From contig MU053994.1 of the NCBI GenBank assembly GCA_013239625.1, positions 375,775 through 439,774 on the forward strand: a DNA stretch of 64,000 nt, read 5' to 3'. The notes under the pieces were generated by a model. That model was not told the origin of the DNA. It ran no database searches and saw nothing but the letters and a program-made list of their open reading frames with translations. Positions 24,763-38,382 of this stretch are shown piece after piece (the stretch's first letter is position 1; each line of letters begins with the position of its first letter). This DNA comes from Lama guanicoe (taxonomy: Eukaryota). The position numbers and the translations under genes are program-made.

Positions 24763-27127
24763 TTTTTAGTTTACATTAGGGTTTACTCTTGATGTTGTAC
24801 ATTCTATGGGCTTTGACAAATGCATGGTGACATGTAGCCACCACTATAGTATACAGAATAATTTCATTGCCCTAAAAATCCCTTGTGTTCCATCTATTCA
24901 TTCCTCCCTCCCTCCCTCCATCTCCCCAAGCCCTTGGAAATCATGATCTTTTTTCATTGTTTCTGTAGCTGTGCCTTTTCCAGAATGTCATTTGGTTGGA
25001 ATCATACAGTTTGTAGCCTTTTCAGACTGGCTTCTTTCATTTAGTAGTATGTCTTTTAAGTTTCCTCTGTGTCTTTCATGGCTTGATAGATTTTTTTTTT
25101 ACTGCACATGTATTTTTAAAATTACATATATGTACTGTTCATTGTTTCTAAGAACAATCAGAGCTTTTAGCTTTTTAAACTTACATTGTTATCAAAGGAA
25201 TGAAGCCAACTGCGATATAAGAATTAACTCAAAAAGATACATACACCTTGCTACTAACAGCAACATTATTTACAATTGCCAAGATAGGGAAGCATCCTAA
25301 GTGCACATCAATAGTTGAATAGATAATGGAGATGCAGCATATATATATGTAATGGAATACAACTCACCCATAAAAAAGGATGTTTTGCCATTTGCAGCCC
25401 TTCATTCACTTTTTTATTTCACTTCAAAAACCAGAACTTTATAACTGGCAGAGACATTTCCATTACATCAAAAACAACAAAATACCTAGACATAAACTTA
25501 ACGAAGGAGGTTACCTATACTCTGAAAACCAGAATGACACAAAGAAATGGGAAGATTTCCTGTGCTCTTGGATTAGAAGAATCAACACCATCAAAATGGC
25601 CATACTACCTGAAGCAATCCACAGATCCAATGCAACCCCCAGAACTAAAACAAACAATTCCAAAATTTGTAAGGAACCACAAGTGTGCTTCCAGGACTTG
25701 GGTGACTGTTTCCTTTCCTAAGTTGGGGAAGTTTTCAGGTATTATCTCTCCCAAAATTTTCTCAGGTCATTTCTCTATCTCTTCTCTTTCTGGGACCCCT
25801 ATAATGCAAATATTAGAGCATTTCATGTTGTCCAAGAGTTCTCTTAAACTATCCTCATTTCTTTTCATTCTTTTTTCTTTTTTCTGTTCTGAAGTAGTGA
25901 TTTCCATTAATCTGTCTTCTAGCTCACTGATCCACTCTTTTGTCTCATTTAATCTATTCTTGGTTCATTCTGGTGTATTGTTGATTTCAGTGATTTTATT
26001 CTTCAGCTCTGTTTGGGCATTCTTTATATTTTCCAACTCTTTGGGAAAAACTTCACTCTGTGCGTCTATACTCCCCTTGAGTTCTCTGAACATCTTGGCC
26101 ATCATTACTTTAAACTCTTTCTCAGATAAATTACCTATTTCTTCTTCTGGGATTTTATCTTGTGCCTTGGCCTGGGAGCTATTCCTTTGGTGCCTCATAT
26201 CACCTATCTTTCTGTGTTTGTGGATTCCTTCCACAGGCTTTGGGATTGTTGTTTTCTTATTTCTGATATCTGCCCCTGGTGGATGAGGCTGGACTAGAGG
26301 CTTATCCAGGTGTCCTGGCAGGAGGAGCCGGTGCCTGCCCACTGCTGGGTGAAGCTTGGTCCTGGACCTCTGGTGGGTAGGGCTGTGTCTAGAGGCCTTT
26401 GTGGCTTAGAAAGTCTGCTGATGGGTGGGGCTGTGTTCCCACCCAGTATGTTGTTTGGCCTGAGGCTTCCCTACAGGCTATTGGGTGGGGCTAGGTCTTG
26501 GTGCTAATGATCCAATCAAGATGTCAGCCTCCAGGAAAGCTCATGTAGATTAACATTCCCGGAATGTTCGCCTCCAGCTTTTATGTCCCCTGAGTGAGCC
26601 ACGGCGGTCCCCCACATCCCCAGGAGACCCTCCAAATCCAGCAGGCAGGTCTGGCCCAGGTTCCTATGAAATCACTGCCTTGGACCTGATGCACGTGGGT
26701 TTCCGTGTATGCTTCTCAAGCGAATGGAGTCTCCCCTAGTCCTGTGAGGCTCCCAGATCCAAGCCCTCCCAGCCTTCAAAACCGGATGTCCTGAGGTCTC
26801 CTTCTTTTCCCAATTCCAGGACCTGAGCTGGGAGCCCGACGTGGGGCTTAGAGCTCTCACTCCTGTGGGAGGGCCTCTGCGACTTAACAGATCTTCAGCT
26901 TGTGGGTCGCCCACCCTGGTGGGTATGGGGCCCAATTATATCACGAGCACGCCCCGCCTGCTGTCCTGCTGTGGTTCCCTCTTTTTGTTTCCAGTTGCAG
27001 AAGATCTTTTTTGCTAGGTTCCAGTCTTTTTTCGATGGTTCTTTAGCATTCAGTTGTGGTTTTGTTGTAGTCTTGAGGAGAGGCGAGCTCGTGGTCCTAC
27101 CACTCTGCTGTCTTGACCAGAATTCCC
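24763..27127 (-). mobile_element. Composite rearranged L1 insertion
   Basis: 5' UTR plus ORF1 (MRHQRNSSQ...EKEFKVMMAKM) on - at 25686-27127; ORF2 pieces on + at ~25215-25685; L1MC1-like piece at 24768-25090; 18-bp TSD with 2 mismatches at 24745-24762 and 27128-27145. Confidence 0.8.
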
Positions 27128-27687
27128 TACTAAACATTGACTTTTGACCAAACTAAATATGTACTTTTCTGGAGAGCTTTTTAGGTTATGAAAGTGTAGA
27201 TGTTTGGAAACATACTTCGGGTTTATGTGTTAATTTTCAGGTGTAGTGAAGTTTTTAAATTGTTTAATCAGTGGTACATGTGATAGACATTATCTATCCA
27301 ACATGCACTACTAATTTTACTTTTATAGCAATTACCAAAATTGACTCTGAGGTCCAGAGCCTGAGTAGAACAATACCAATGGACAAAACTGAAGCAGGTA
27401 GAAATTGATCTGATTTTAGAGGGTAGAAAGAATTTCAAAGGACAAAAACAAGTTTTGGACTCATAAATTAGAAGAAAAATTGTTGTGACTAATTAAAATG
27501 TAAAAGTTTAGAACATCAATGTACACCACAGAAAAATGGCATCTGACTCAGAGGCTCAGTTCTCTTAACTTCTTACTAAATACCTGTTTAGATGTGAAAG
27601 TAAATGCAAACTCCCAACTTTAGAACTATTGGAAATACAGAGAAAGGGAGAGATTTTTAAACTATTTAGGAGACAGGATTTAGAGGA

Positions 27688-28119
27688 TGTCAGCATTCTC
27701 CAGAGAAACAGAACCAATGTATATGAATTATTATAAGGAATTGACTTACATGATTATAAGAGGCTGAGAAGTCTGAAGAACCAGTGATAACCTGAAGTTC
27801 CATTCTGAGTCCAAAGGCCTGAGAAATACGACCTCAGATGGTATAAATTTTAGTCCAAGTCCAATGCTTATGTCCTGTCTTGAAGACCATCAGGGAGAGA
27901 GAGAGAATTTTTTCTTACTGTCTTTTATTCTAATCAGGCCTTCAGTGGATCGGATGTGGTCCATTCACATTGGGGAGGACAATCTACTCTACTTAGCCTA
28001 CTGATTCAGATTCCATCTTATCCAGAAACACCCTCAGAGACACTCTGAGAAAAGTGTTTAACCATATATTCAGACACCCTGTGGCCCAGTCAAGTTGACA
28101 GTTAAAATTAACCATCACA
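27688..28119. mobile_element. MLT2-like ERVL LTR
   Basis: ttctccagagaaacagaaccaa...ttataaggaattgacttaca...gtggcccagtcaagttgaca...aaattaaccatcaca. Confidence 0.85.
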
Positions 28120-28199
28120 TGGGACTTAGTAATTGATTGGTAAAGGAAAATATGAACTCTTAAGTGGGATTCCAAGCTTCTGAATGGAGCAGCTAATAT

Positions 28200-28900
28200 T
28201 TAATAACAAACCACTCCACAACCCAGTGGCTTAAATCAATTATTTATTCTCCCTCACCCTTCTGCTTCTTGATTAGGATTAACTCTTCTAGCCTGGGCTT
28301 ACCTGGACTTGATTTCAAGTTGTAGATTGGGTCCAGTTTTTGTTGACCCAACTCTCCTCCTTCTAGGGCCTATGGGCTAGCCAAGGAATGTTCTATTAAT
28401 GGCAAGCGCAGAAGTGCAAGAGCCCAAGTTCAACCACACAAGTATATGTCAAACTTGTGTTTGAATTATATAACTTAATGCATCAAATAATCATATCAGG
28501 ACAGTCAGCATCAGAGCTGGCTTTGGGTGTGACTGAAACCAAGAACAGGAACACTTGAATATCAAGTCTTTTTTTTCTCAGACTCTATACATATGTTGGC
28601 TTTTTTCTGTCAAGCTGGGTGAGCCTTTGAGACTGGAGTTGTGGTCTCAGGCAGCTCTAGGCTTGTATTCTTTTAGCTCCAAAACCAGAAAGAAAAGAGC
28701 TTTTCTTGATAGCTCCAAATGCAAAATAATCCTGGAGGAAGACTCTAATTGGCCGGGTATAGGTCATATGCCCATCTCTAGACCAATTACTGTAGCCAGG
28801 TGCTGTGATTGGCAACCCTACCAGAACCACAAGAAAGGGGAGTCTTGTTATCAGAAGAATGAAGGAAGATGCCCTAGGCAGAAAGAAACAACTGATGTCT
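28200..28900. mobile_element. Old MaLR LTR fragments (MLT1-type, probably two)
   Basis: aacaaaccactccacaacccagtggcttaaa...; gactctaattggccgggtataggtcatatgcccatc...accaattactgtagccagg. Confidence 0.55.
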
Positions 28901-29369
28901 TCCTCAGGAGAGGTTGGAAAATAGGGTTGCAAAGGCCAAGGGGCCAGGAAGTCTAAGAAAGAAGAATTAAATACAACATCAAATGCAGTCAACAGGAGCA
29001 ATAATCTAAAGACTGACCTCATCCTATTGTATTTGACAATTGGGATTCATTAGAGCAGTTGCAGGAGAGCAATGGGAGAGAAGTCAGATTACAGCAATTT
29101 GAGAAGTGACTAGGAGGTGGGTTGGACACAGAAAGTGTAGACAGGCATTTCAAAACATTAAATCTGAAGAAGATACAAACTGTATAGTAGATTGACAACA
29201 ATGTATATGCATTTCAGACTTGTTTACAGGCTAAGGTTTAGGAATAAGTGAAATTGGAGATTCAGGATAAAGAAGAGCATGTTTGCTGGAACAAGGTCAT
29301 GGAGGAGGGATGAGGGGATAAAGTTGAGGAAGAAGAGGTGAAGGGACTGGATTTGAAAAGGAGGCAGGT

Positions 29370-29482
29370 TGGAAGCAACCTAAGTGTCCATCAACAGATG
29401 ACTGGATAAAGATGTGAGATATATCTATATCTATCTATCTATATATATCTTTATATACATATACATACATACATAAATACAT

Positions 29483-29522
<40 letters not shown>

Positions 29523-29970
29523 GAATATTACTCAGCCATAAAAAAGAATGAAATAATGCCATTGGCAGCAGCATGGATGGACCTAGAGATTAACATACTA
29601 AGTGAGGTAAGACAAAGACAAAAATCATATGATATCACTTATATGTGGAATCTAAAAAAATGAGACAAATGAACTTATTTACAAACTAGAAATAGACTCA
29701 AACATAGAAAACAAAATTATGGTTACTAAAGAGGAAAGGAGGGGAGGGATAAACTAGGAGTATGGGAATTAACAGATACAGACTACTATATATAAAATCA
29801 GTAAATAATAAGGATTTACTGTGTAGCAGAAGGAATAATATTCAGTATCTTGAAATAACCTATACTGAAAAAGAATATGAAAAAGGATATATGTATGTAT
29901 GTATAACTGGATAACTATGCTGTACACCTGAAACTAGCATGACATTGTAAATCAAATACATTTCAGTAAA
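29370..29970 (+). mobile_element. Young L1 3' end inserted in an L2 remnant
   Basis: ggaagcaacctaagtgtccatcaacagatgactggataaag to tgtaaatcaaatacatttcagtaaaa; flanks gaaa(a)ggagg(c/a)agg. Confidence 0.88.
29485..29517. repeat. (CA)n microsatellite inside L1
   Basis: Perfect CA run. Confidence 0.9.
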
Positions 29971-32524
29971 AGGAAGAAAAGAAAGGAGGAAGGACATTTG
30001 GTCCTGTGACCCTGGTGAGGAGGGGCAGATGGAGTGGACATGGAGAAGTTATAGGAAGGAGGGTGTGCTGAGAGGGGCAAGGCTGCCTGCTGAGAGGGAA
30101 GGATCTCAGGATCTGAGTAGCAAGCGTGAGGAGAGCCCTGGAAAAGTCATTGAAGGCACTGCCTGCAGGAACTGACCCAACATGAGGGAAAGCGTTCACA
30201 GGTGATTCTGAGGCCTAGCTGACTTGTGGATCATGAGTTTGTCTTATTCCCAGTCTTTAGGGCTGTGTGATTTTCTCCAGTGACAAAGGCAGCTTGATCC
30301 AGGGTTGGCATTTTAATGAGTTCACATAAATGGAGATGTTCTCCTCAAGGAAAATAGCTTTAGAGGCAAATACAAAGTCTTAAAGAGAAATAAACAGGAA
30401 CAAGAAAGTTACTTCATTTTTCTCTGGTGTCTTGTCATGACAGTGGTAGACCTCTCCAGAGATTACAGTATAGTTTTTCCTTGCTTTCAGTTTCTGTTGT
30501 GATGAAAAGTTTATAATTCTCAGACCATGGTGGGATACATTGAACCTTCGCAGATGTTTCACAGTCTGCAAAGCTGACTTTATGTACTGTGTTTCTTGAT
30601 GTGTTGTGTTCTGTTTCTGATAGTTATTTTCCTCCCTTACCCCCACCGCACACGCAGATGGACTGTATAGCAGCATTATGTGCAAAGCCCTCCTGGTCAG
30701 TGTCACTCTGAAGCTACGTGGAGTTAATCAAGTACACGTAACCAGATGAGTGTCAGAACATAACTACAGGTTTCCAAGTTTCAAGTCCATTATGCCATAT
30801 GAGAAAAAGATTAATCAAAAATGTGACAAATAAGCCTTTCTTTGGTGATAGTAAAAATCTTAGAAATCATTGCAACAAAGTCTTATCAATAGCTGGAAGT
30901 ATTTTGTGGCACAGTGTAAAGAACATAGAATCCCTTTATTCCAAATGCAGAATGAGGTCCAGGGCAAATGAGTTTCCCCCATCTGTGAAATTGGGGTTAC
31001 AGGTCCTTCTTGTATACCTCACGGTGTGGTTATTAAAAAAAAATCAAAGAGGGAATGTAATAAAGACTTCTAACAAATAATAGATGAGATTTATAATGAG
31101 TAATGTTTTTATTGAGAAAACATTTATGTTCGTTTGGCACCATATCATGGATTATTTAGAAACCGTTGATTGCACATTGGTCTCTCTCTAGGGGAACTTG
31201 GAGAAATTGTATCAATTGGTTGCACACTATATGAAAATTTGTTTAAAAATATCTGCATTCTCCATACTTATTTTAATTTATGTAACAGATTTGAAGACTC
31301 CAAAGACAAGGATTTAAAACCATTTACTATATTTACAAAATTAGTGGGGTGAATGACTGGAATTATCTGTGAGTACTAATCTGTATCACTTTATCCTGGA
31401 AACATGTAACTGTACTGATATCTTTGACTTGTTTCTGTCCTTATTGGTAGGATTGAGAGATGACAGCCTTGAATTTTTAAGTACAGGGGAGTTGCTCTCA
31501 TCTTAGTTGAGGTCCACAATTTAGCCAGTGATTTCCTGACCAATAGGTATAAAAGGGGAATCTTACATTTTTAAGTAAGTGAATTTACGATTACCTTCCC
31601 CCAAAGGAGCGTATGAATTGATTCAATACCTAGAGACTCGAGTTCAAGGTCAAGCTTTAGTGAGGACTCCTTCACTCTGCTACACTGAATCCTGAACATT
31701 TGTATGTTTTGGAGCTTCTTGGGTGTCACCATAGTGTGATTGTGAGAGGAATAGGAGACAAGCGCAGAATTCAGTTATTTATTTGTGGCCTGTTTCCCAT
31801 GGCAAACCATGTTAAAAGTGAACACATACACGTTTTACTGGTTCTCCTAAACCAGCTCTACTGGTTGAACTGTGTGGGAGAGATAGACAAACGGGACTCT
31901 GTGGAATAATCTTGCAATTCCAAGTCAGGCATGTAATTTAACATATAGTCACATTTTGACTCAGTTATATGATTGTAGCTAGAGAGCTTAGAGTTGCTGG
32001 TTCTTGTTTATGGTAAGTATAATTTGGGGCACTTTCCTGAATATCTATGCTTAAATCAAGTCATTTAAAATGAAATAGAGAAGTTTATTGTTAAAGTAAA
32101 TTGAGTGTGGAGCTTTTTATAAAGTATATAATCACTTAATTTGCATGCCTAAATTTCCATATATCAGGTTTTCTTAAATTAAGATTTTTTTCATTCAGTT
32201 AAGTAATTTTAAGGTACATCTATGAACATTTTTATTATATTTGAATTAAGAGGGATTTATTTTATCTAAATGATGGTCCATTTTGTAAGTTACAATGAAA
32301 CAGTGCTCATAAATTCCTTGTATTTAACAGTAGATTCTCATTTTCGGACAATGTTGAAGGCAGTTTACACTAAATTTATTCACAACCAGCTTTATGGTAA
32401 TGTTGAATGTCTGCTTTTAAAGAATTGCGACATGTTAAAGGTTCAGTGCCCTAAAATTTCCCTTTTTCAAGAAAATCAGACAATTTAATCATTCAGATGA
32501 AACTCCTAAGTGATAATTTTTTTA

Positions 32525-34635
32525 AAAAAATCACCTTTATTGAGGTTTAATTTACATACAATAAAATCCACAGATTTAAATTGTATAATTTGAGAGTTTT
32601 GATAGATGTGTGCAGTTATTTGATCACCACAAACAAGATATAGAATATTTCCATTGCTTCAAAAAGGTCCTTCTTGCCAGTTTGCAGTCAGTCCCCTCCC
32701 TGGTTCCCTGGTTACTACTAATTTGCTTTTTTTTATCCTATTTTGCCTTTTCTAGAATTTCATACACATGGAATCATATTGTACGTAATCTTTTGTGTCA
32801 GGCTTCTTTCACTTTGTATAATGGTTTTGAGATTTATCCACATTGTTACCTGTATAAGTAGTTTGTTCCCCTTTATTGCTGAGTTGTATTCTCTTGTATA
32901 GATATATTACAGCTTTTTATCCCTTCACCAGTTGATGGACACCTGGATTGTTTCCGGTTTGGGGCTATTGTGAATAAAGCTATTATGATCATTTGTTTAA
33001 AGGTATTTCTGTGTGCATATATTTTCATTTCTCCTGGAAAATATCTACTAGTGGGATTTTGTGTCTTATAGTAACTGTACAGTTTAACATTAAGAGAAAC
33101 AGCTGAATTGTTTCCCAGAGTAGCTGTACCATTTTTCATTCCCAACAGCAATGTATGAGAATTCAGTTGCTAGCATACGGTATGGTCAGTCTTTTTAATT
33201 TTAGCCACTGCTATAGGTATATAGTGGCATCGCATTGTGGTTTTAGTTTGCTTTTCTATAATGAATAAGGATGTTAAGTATGTTGTCATGTGTTTCTTGG
33301 CCATACATATAGCTTTGGTGAAACATTTGTTCAAACCTTTCACCCATTTTCAGAAGTTAGTTGGTTGTTTTTTTTTTGACTATTATGTTGTTAGGATTTT
33401 TTTTTTCATGTTCTGGATGCAAATCCTTTATCAGATACGTGTTTTGTAAATATTTTCTTTTACTGTGGCCTGCCTTTTCATTTTCTTGAGAGTATCTTTC
33501 TTAGAGCAGAAATTTTTAATTTTGTTGAAGTACATTTTATCAATATTTTTTCTTTTGTGGTTCATGCCTTTTGTGCCCTAAGAACTCTTTGCTGAACCCA
33601 CGGTCACAAAGACTTTCTTCTATGTGTTCTTCTACAAGTATTACAATTTTCGCATTTATATTTAGGCCCATTACTCATTTCAGATTAATTTTTGTATATA
33701 GTATAATGTAAAGTTTGAGATTAATTTTTTCCATATGGATATCTAATTTTTCTAGCACCATTTTTTAAACATTTTTTAATTGAGTAATAGTCATTTTACA
33801 ATGTTGTGTCAAATTCAAGTGTAGAGCACAATTTTTCAGTTATACATGAACATACATATATTCATTGTCACTTTTTTTTTTTTGCTGTGAGCTACCACAA
33901 GATCTTGTATATATTTCCCTGTGCTATACAGTATACAGTATAATCTTGTATCTATTCTACATTTTGAAATCCCAGTCTGTCTCTTCCGACCCCTTGCCCC
34001 CTTGGCAACCACAAGTTTGTATTCTATGTCTGTGAGTCTGTTTCTGTTTTGTATTTTTTTTTCAGATTCCACATATGAGTGATCTCTTACGGTATTTTTC
34101 TTTCTCTTTCTGGCTTACTTCACTTAGAATGACATTCTCCAGGAACAACCATGTTGCTGCAAATGGCACATATGTTGTTTATGGCTGAATAGTATTCCAT
34201 TGTATAAATATACCACATCTTCTTTATCCAGTCATTTGTTGATGGACATTTAGGCTGCTTCCATGTCTTGGCTATTGTAAATAGTGCTGCTCTGAACATT
34301 GGGGTGCAGGTGTGTTTTTGAATTAGCATTCCTTCTGGATATATGCCCAGGAGCAGGATTACTGGGGCATATGGTAAGTATTCCTAGTCTTTTGAGGAAT
34401 CTCCATACTGTTTTCCACAGTGGCTGCAACAGACTGCATTCCCACCAGGAGTGTAGGAGGGTTCCTTTTTCTCCACAGCCTCTCCAACATTTGTCATTTG
34501 TGGACTTTTGAATGATGGCCATTCTGACTGGTCTAGCACCATTTTTTTTAAGACTATCCTTTCCCCATTGAATTACCTTGGCACATTTGCTGAAAATCAG
34601 TGACTATGTGTGTATGTTTGGGTGGGTGGTGGGGA
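32525..34635 (-). mobile_element. Older L1MB-like 3' region interrupted by a young L1
   Basis: ctttattgaggtttaatttacatac...; degraded ORF2 C-terminus (IALFTIAPNRKQSRCPSTGE). Confidence 0.75.
33767..34531 (-). mobile_element. 5'-truncated young L1
   Basis: Perfect TSD TCTAGCACCATTTTTT at 33751-33766 and 34532-34547; ORF2 C-terminus. Confidence 0.93.
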
Positions 34636-35518
34636 TCTATTTCTGGATTCTCTAGTACCTTGGTACACATGTAAAGTAGTTTCTGAGCTGTGAAATTTGA
34701 TTAGTAACTCATCTGCACTGCCGCCACCATATTGCTTACTCTGTTCTCTGGTCTAAGTCTATATCATACATATTTCTGTCATTGAATATACATAATGTAC
34801 TGTAATTACTTGTTTACATAACCATCTTTCCTAGTAACCTATGAGTTTCTTGAGGGCAAGGAATGTTCTCATGTGCTAATACTAGGTACATAATAGGCAT
34901 CCAATACATAATTACTGAATTTAAATAGATTGGACATAGAAACTAGGTTAAAATGTTCATTATTTTGCCTATGTGATTGTAATTAGTATTATTTTTATAA
35001 AATCTAAGCAAATTTCCTTACCTTGTTAGTTGTCTAGTACTGACACATAGCACCAATGTCAACTTTTTTTCCTGACAGCATGGATAGTTTAATTTTGAGT
35101 AGTTGCTTAAGGTTTTCTTGGAATCTGTTCTTTGACCTGATAATAAAACAGGTCATAACTATTAGTATATGCCAGTCACTGTACTAAATGCTAACATGTA
35201 TTATCTCGTTTAGGCAACACTGTGAGGCAGATACAATCATTATCCTTATTTTATAGCTGAGGGAATGGAACTAGGAAGGTAAATAACTTGTTGTCCAAAA
35301 TCAGACAGATGATCAATGACAGAGAGAATGCAGGTAGCCCTTAATTTAAACACTGCACTATAGTCATTGCCTGGCTTCATCCAGGAAGGTTATAAGTTGT
35401 TAATTAACTTTAACCTGAATTAACTGTTGTCAGTTATATCTGTGATATCCATGAGAAAAAGAGAGGTGCTGGATTTATTGTCAGTAGGTATATGTGCAGT
35501 TATTTTCTTAGGCAAAGC

Positions 35519-35735
35519 TTTTTTTTTTTAAATTGAAGTATAGTCAGTTTACAATGTATCAGTTTCTGGTGTACAGCACAATGTTTCAGTCATACATATA
35601 CATACATGTGTTCATTTTTATATTCTTTTTCATTATAGACTACTACAAGCTATTGAATATAGTTCCCTATGCTATATAGTATGAACATGTTGTTTATCTA
35701 TTTCATATATAATAGTCAGCATCTGAAAATCTCAA
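35519..35735 (-). mobile_element. Young L1 3'-end fragment
   Basis: Poly-T then aattgaagtatagtcagtttacaatg. Confidence 0.8.
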
Positions 35736-35849
35736 GGATGTATTTAGTGGGAGGGAGAGAGACAGAAAACAGTGGTGCCTCCATCTAATTAATGTAGCAA
35801 GCTCTAAAATGGAATAATTTTTGAGGTGAGTTTTTGGTTTTCAAAAAAT

Positions 35850-36706
35850 TTTTTTAATTGAGGTATAGTCAGTTTACGATGTGTCAATTTCTGGTGTACA
35901 GCGTAATGTTTCAGTCATATCTATACATACACATATTCCTTTTCATATTCTTTTTCATTATAGGTTACTACAAGATATTGAATATAGTTCCCTGTGCTAT
36001 ACGGTAGAAACTTGTTTGTTTTATATATAGTAGTTAATATCTGCAAATCTTGAACTCCCAATTTATCTCTTCCCACTCCCTTTCCCCACTTCCCCCTGGT
36101 AACCATAAATTTGTTTTCTATGGCTGTATGTTTCTGTTTTGTAAATAAGTTCATTTGTGCCTTTTTTTTTAGATTCCACATATAAGTTATATCATATGAT
36201 ATATATCTTTGTCTGACTTACTTCACTTATTGTGACGATCTCTAGAACCAATCCATGTTGCAGCAAATGGCATATATGTATATATATATCTCACAGCTTC
36301 TTTATCCAGTCATCTGTCAGTAGACATTAAGGTTGTTTCCATGTCTTGGCTATTGTAAATAGTGCTGCTATGAACACTGGGGTGCATGTATCTTTTGAAT
36401 TGAAGTTTTCTCTGGATATATGCCCAGGAGTGGGATTGCTGGATCCTGTGATAAGTCTATTTTTAGTTTTTTGAGGATTCTCCATACTGTTTTCCATAAT
36501 GGCTGCACCAAACTGCATTCCCACCAACAGTGTAGGAGGGTTCCCTTTTCTCCACACCATCTCCAGCATAATATATATGTTTTAAAATATGTATATTTGT
36601 GGACTTCTTAATGGTGGCCTTTCTGACTGGTGTGAGGTGATACCTCATTAGGGTTTTAATTTGCAGCTCTCTGATAATTAGCAATATTGAGCATTTTTTA
36701 TGTGTT
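35850..36706 (-). mobile_element. 5'-truncated L1
   Basis: 3' UTR plus ORF2 C-terminus ([29 protein letters not shown]). Confidence 0.88.
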
Positions 36707-38382
36707 CTCAGGTGAAACTGATTGTCTCATATCCTATTTCTCAATAAGTAATATTAAATGTCTTTTAAATCTTGCTCAAGATATAGAAAGTGTTATGATG
36801 TGATATTTAGCTTGACATTTCCCCTTTACAAAGGCATTCCTTTGGGCATGAAAACTATTTGTCCTTCTGAGCCTTCTTTGAAATACAAATGCCACGGGGC
36901 CACACTCCTAATCAGCTAATCCCTCACGTATTTACTTACACTAGACTTCATTAACAGAAACTGCAAGCAGGGTGTGCATCTGGGTAGATAGTGGAGCACC
37001 TTGGGAAGGATGGATCTCACAAGCAAGGAAGACCTAAAAGCTTTCATAGTTTACATCTCAATTTTTCCCGACTCTAACGCAGGCCCCAAACCTACGCCTT
37101 CCCAACTCCAATTTTTCTGACAGGTATGAGTTTCAAACCAGTTTCCTCTAACCCCAGGAATGCTTCTGCTTACCGTACCCCAAGACGGAAGAGGTCTTGT
37201 GTATAGCTTCCCTTCTCAGTACGCCACCGATTGTCTTTGAGAATTTCTCAACACTTTACTTCTTTTCCTCAATGGTCTCTGAAATCTGGCTTTGTGGTGA
37301 TGCATTCACCCCAATAATTGTGACAGTAATAGGAGGCATCTCTACCATAAGCTGCCTTTAAATAGCATTTACTGTCTACCATTTGCCTCATATTACATTG
37401 ATATTCATTAATTCTCACAACAGCTGTACGAAGTCAGTTCTTTTATCACCTTCATTTTATACATGAGAAATGTGAGGTCACATGGTTCCTAAGTGGTAGA
37501 GACAGGGCATGAACCCAGCTTTGTTTGATGGAGGAACAAGTACTCTTAATCACTACATCAGAATGCCTCACAGAAACCCCAAACTGCCTCAGAAATGGAT
37601 CTGGTACCAGTTTTTGAGCCAAACAGAAGATAGTATAGTAATAATCATAACTTTTACATCATACATCTCTGCTCATAAAGTAGCGTCATATCCATTACCT
37701 GCATGTGGTTTGTGTGCTGCCACTATTTCCTCCTGTGAAGGCACATTTGCAGCTGAGGAGTAATATTAGGAAGACACTGGGAATTTAGAAAGTGTCTTCT
37801 TCAGAAATAAGAAGAGGAGTCTGATAAGATGACCTTGGGATGAGTGACAAGATCAATGTCTTTGCAATTACTTTAATGGGTCACCTCCCTACATTGTTTT
37901 GAAATGAGGCTACTCAGCTTCTAGACTAAATGATAGGAGAGGGAATTGAGAGGGAATAATTTAAGTAAGTTTATTTCTAACCTGTCTGATTCAGAATGTA
38001 TCAGTTCATTTAGAAAGTTTTGCCTAGGACAGACTCTTACATCCCCTGAACATTTGTGTGGTTCCACCTGAGGGTTAAAAGATGAAGTGGGTGGTCTCTT
38101 CGAGTCTTTCTGAGATTCAAAACAAAACAAAAACAAAAAAACTGCTGAGAATTCAGAAGTCCTGTGTTCTAACCCAGCCCCTTCACTACCTATTTATATA
38201 ACTTGGAGCAGGAATATCTCTGATACTCACTTTCTTTATCTATTAAAAAGATGATCAAATAACAGTTAAAGGCCCTTCTATATCTAAGAGTTTGACTCTA
38301 TTTTTACTGTTTTCTAAGTTTATCTTATCTTTATTTATAGTAGATACTTCACATTAATACTGCTACTGAAGAATACCATAGA

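Noticed and set aside
25534..26286. 250-aa ORF
   Set aside because: Chance read-through across the inversion junction into antisense L1 ORF1; TTG/ATG context and composition do not suggest a gene
31536..31580. CCAAT, TATAAAA and GTAAGT as a promoter and first exon
   Set aside because: CCAAT and TATA are only 3 nt apart, and the donor falls at the predicted start site, leaving no exon
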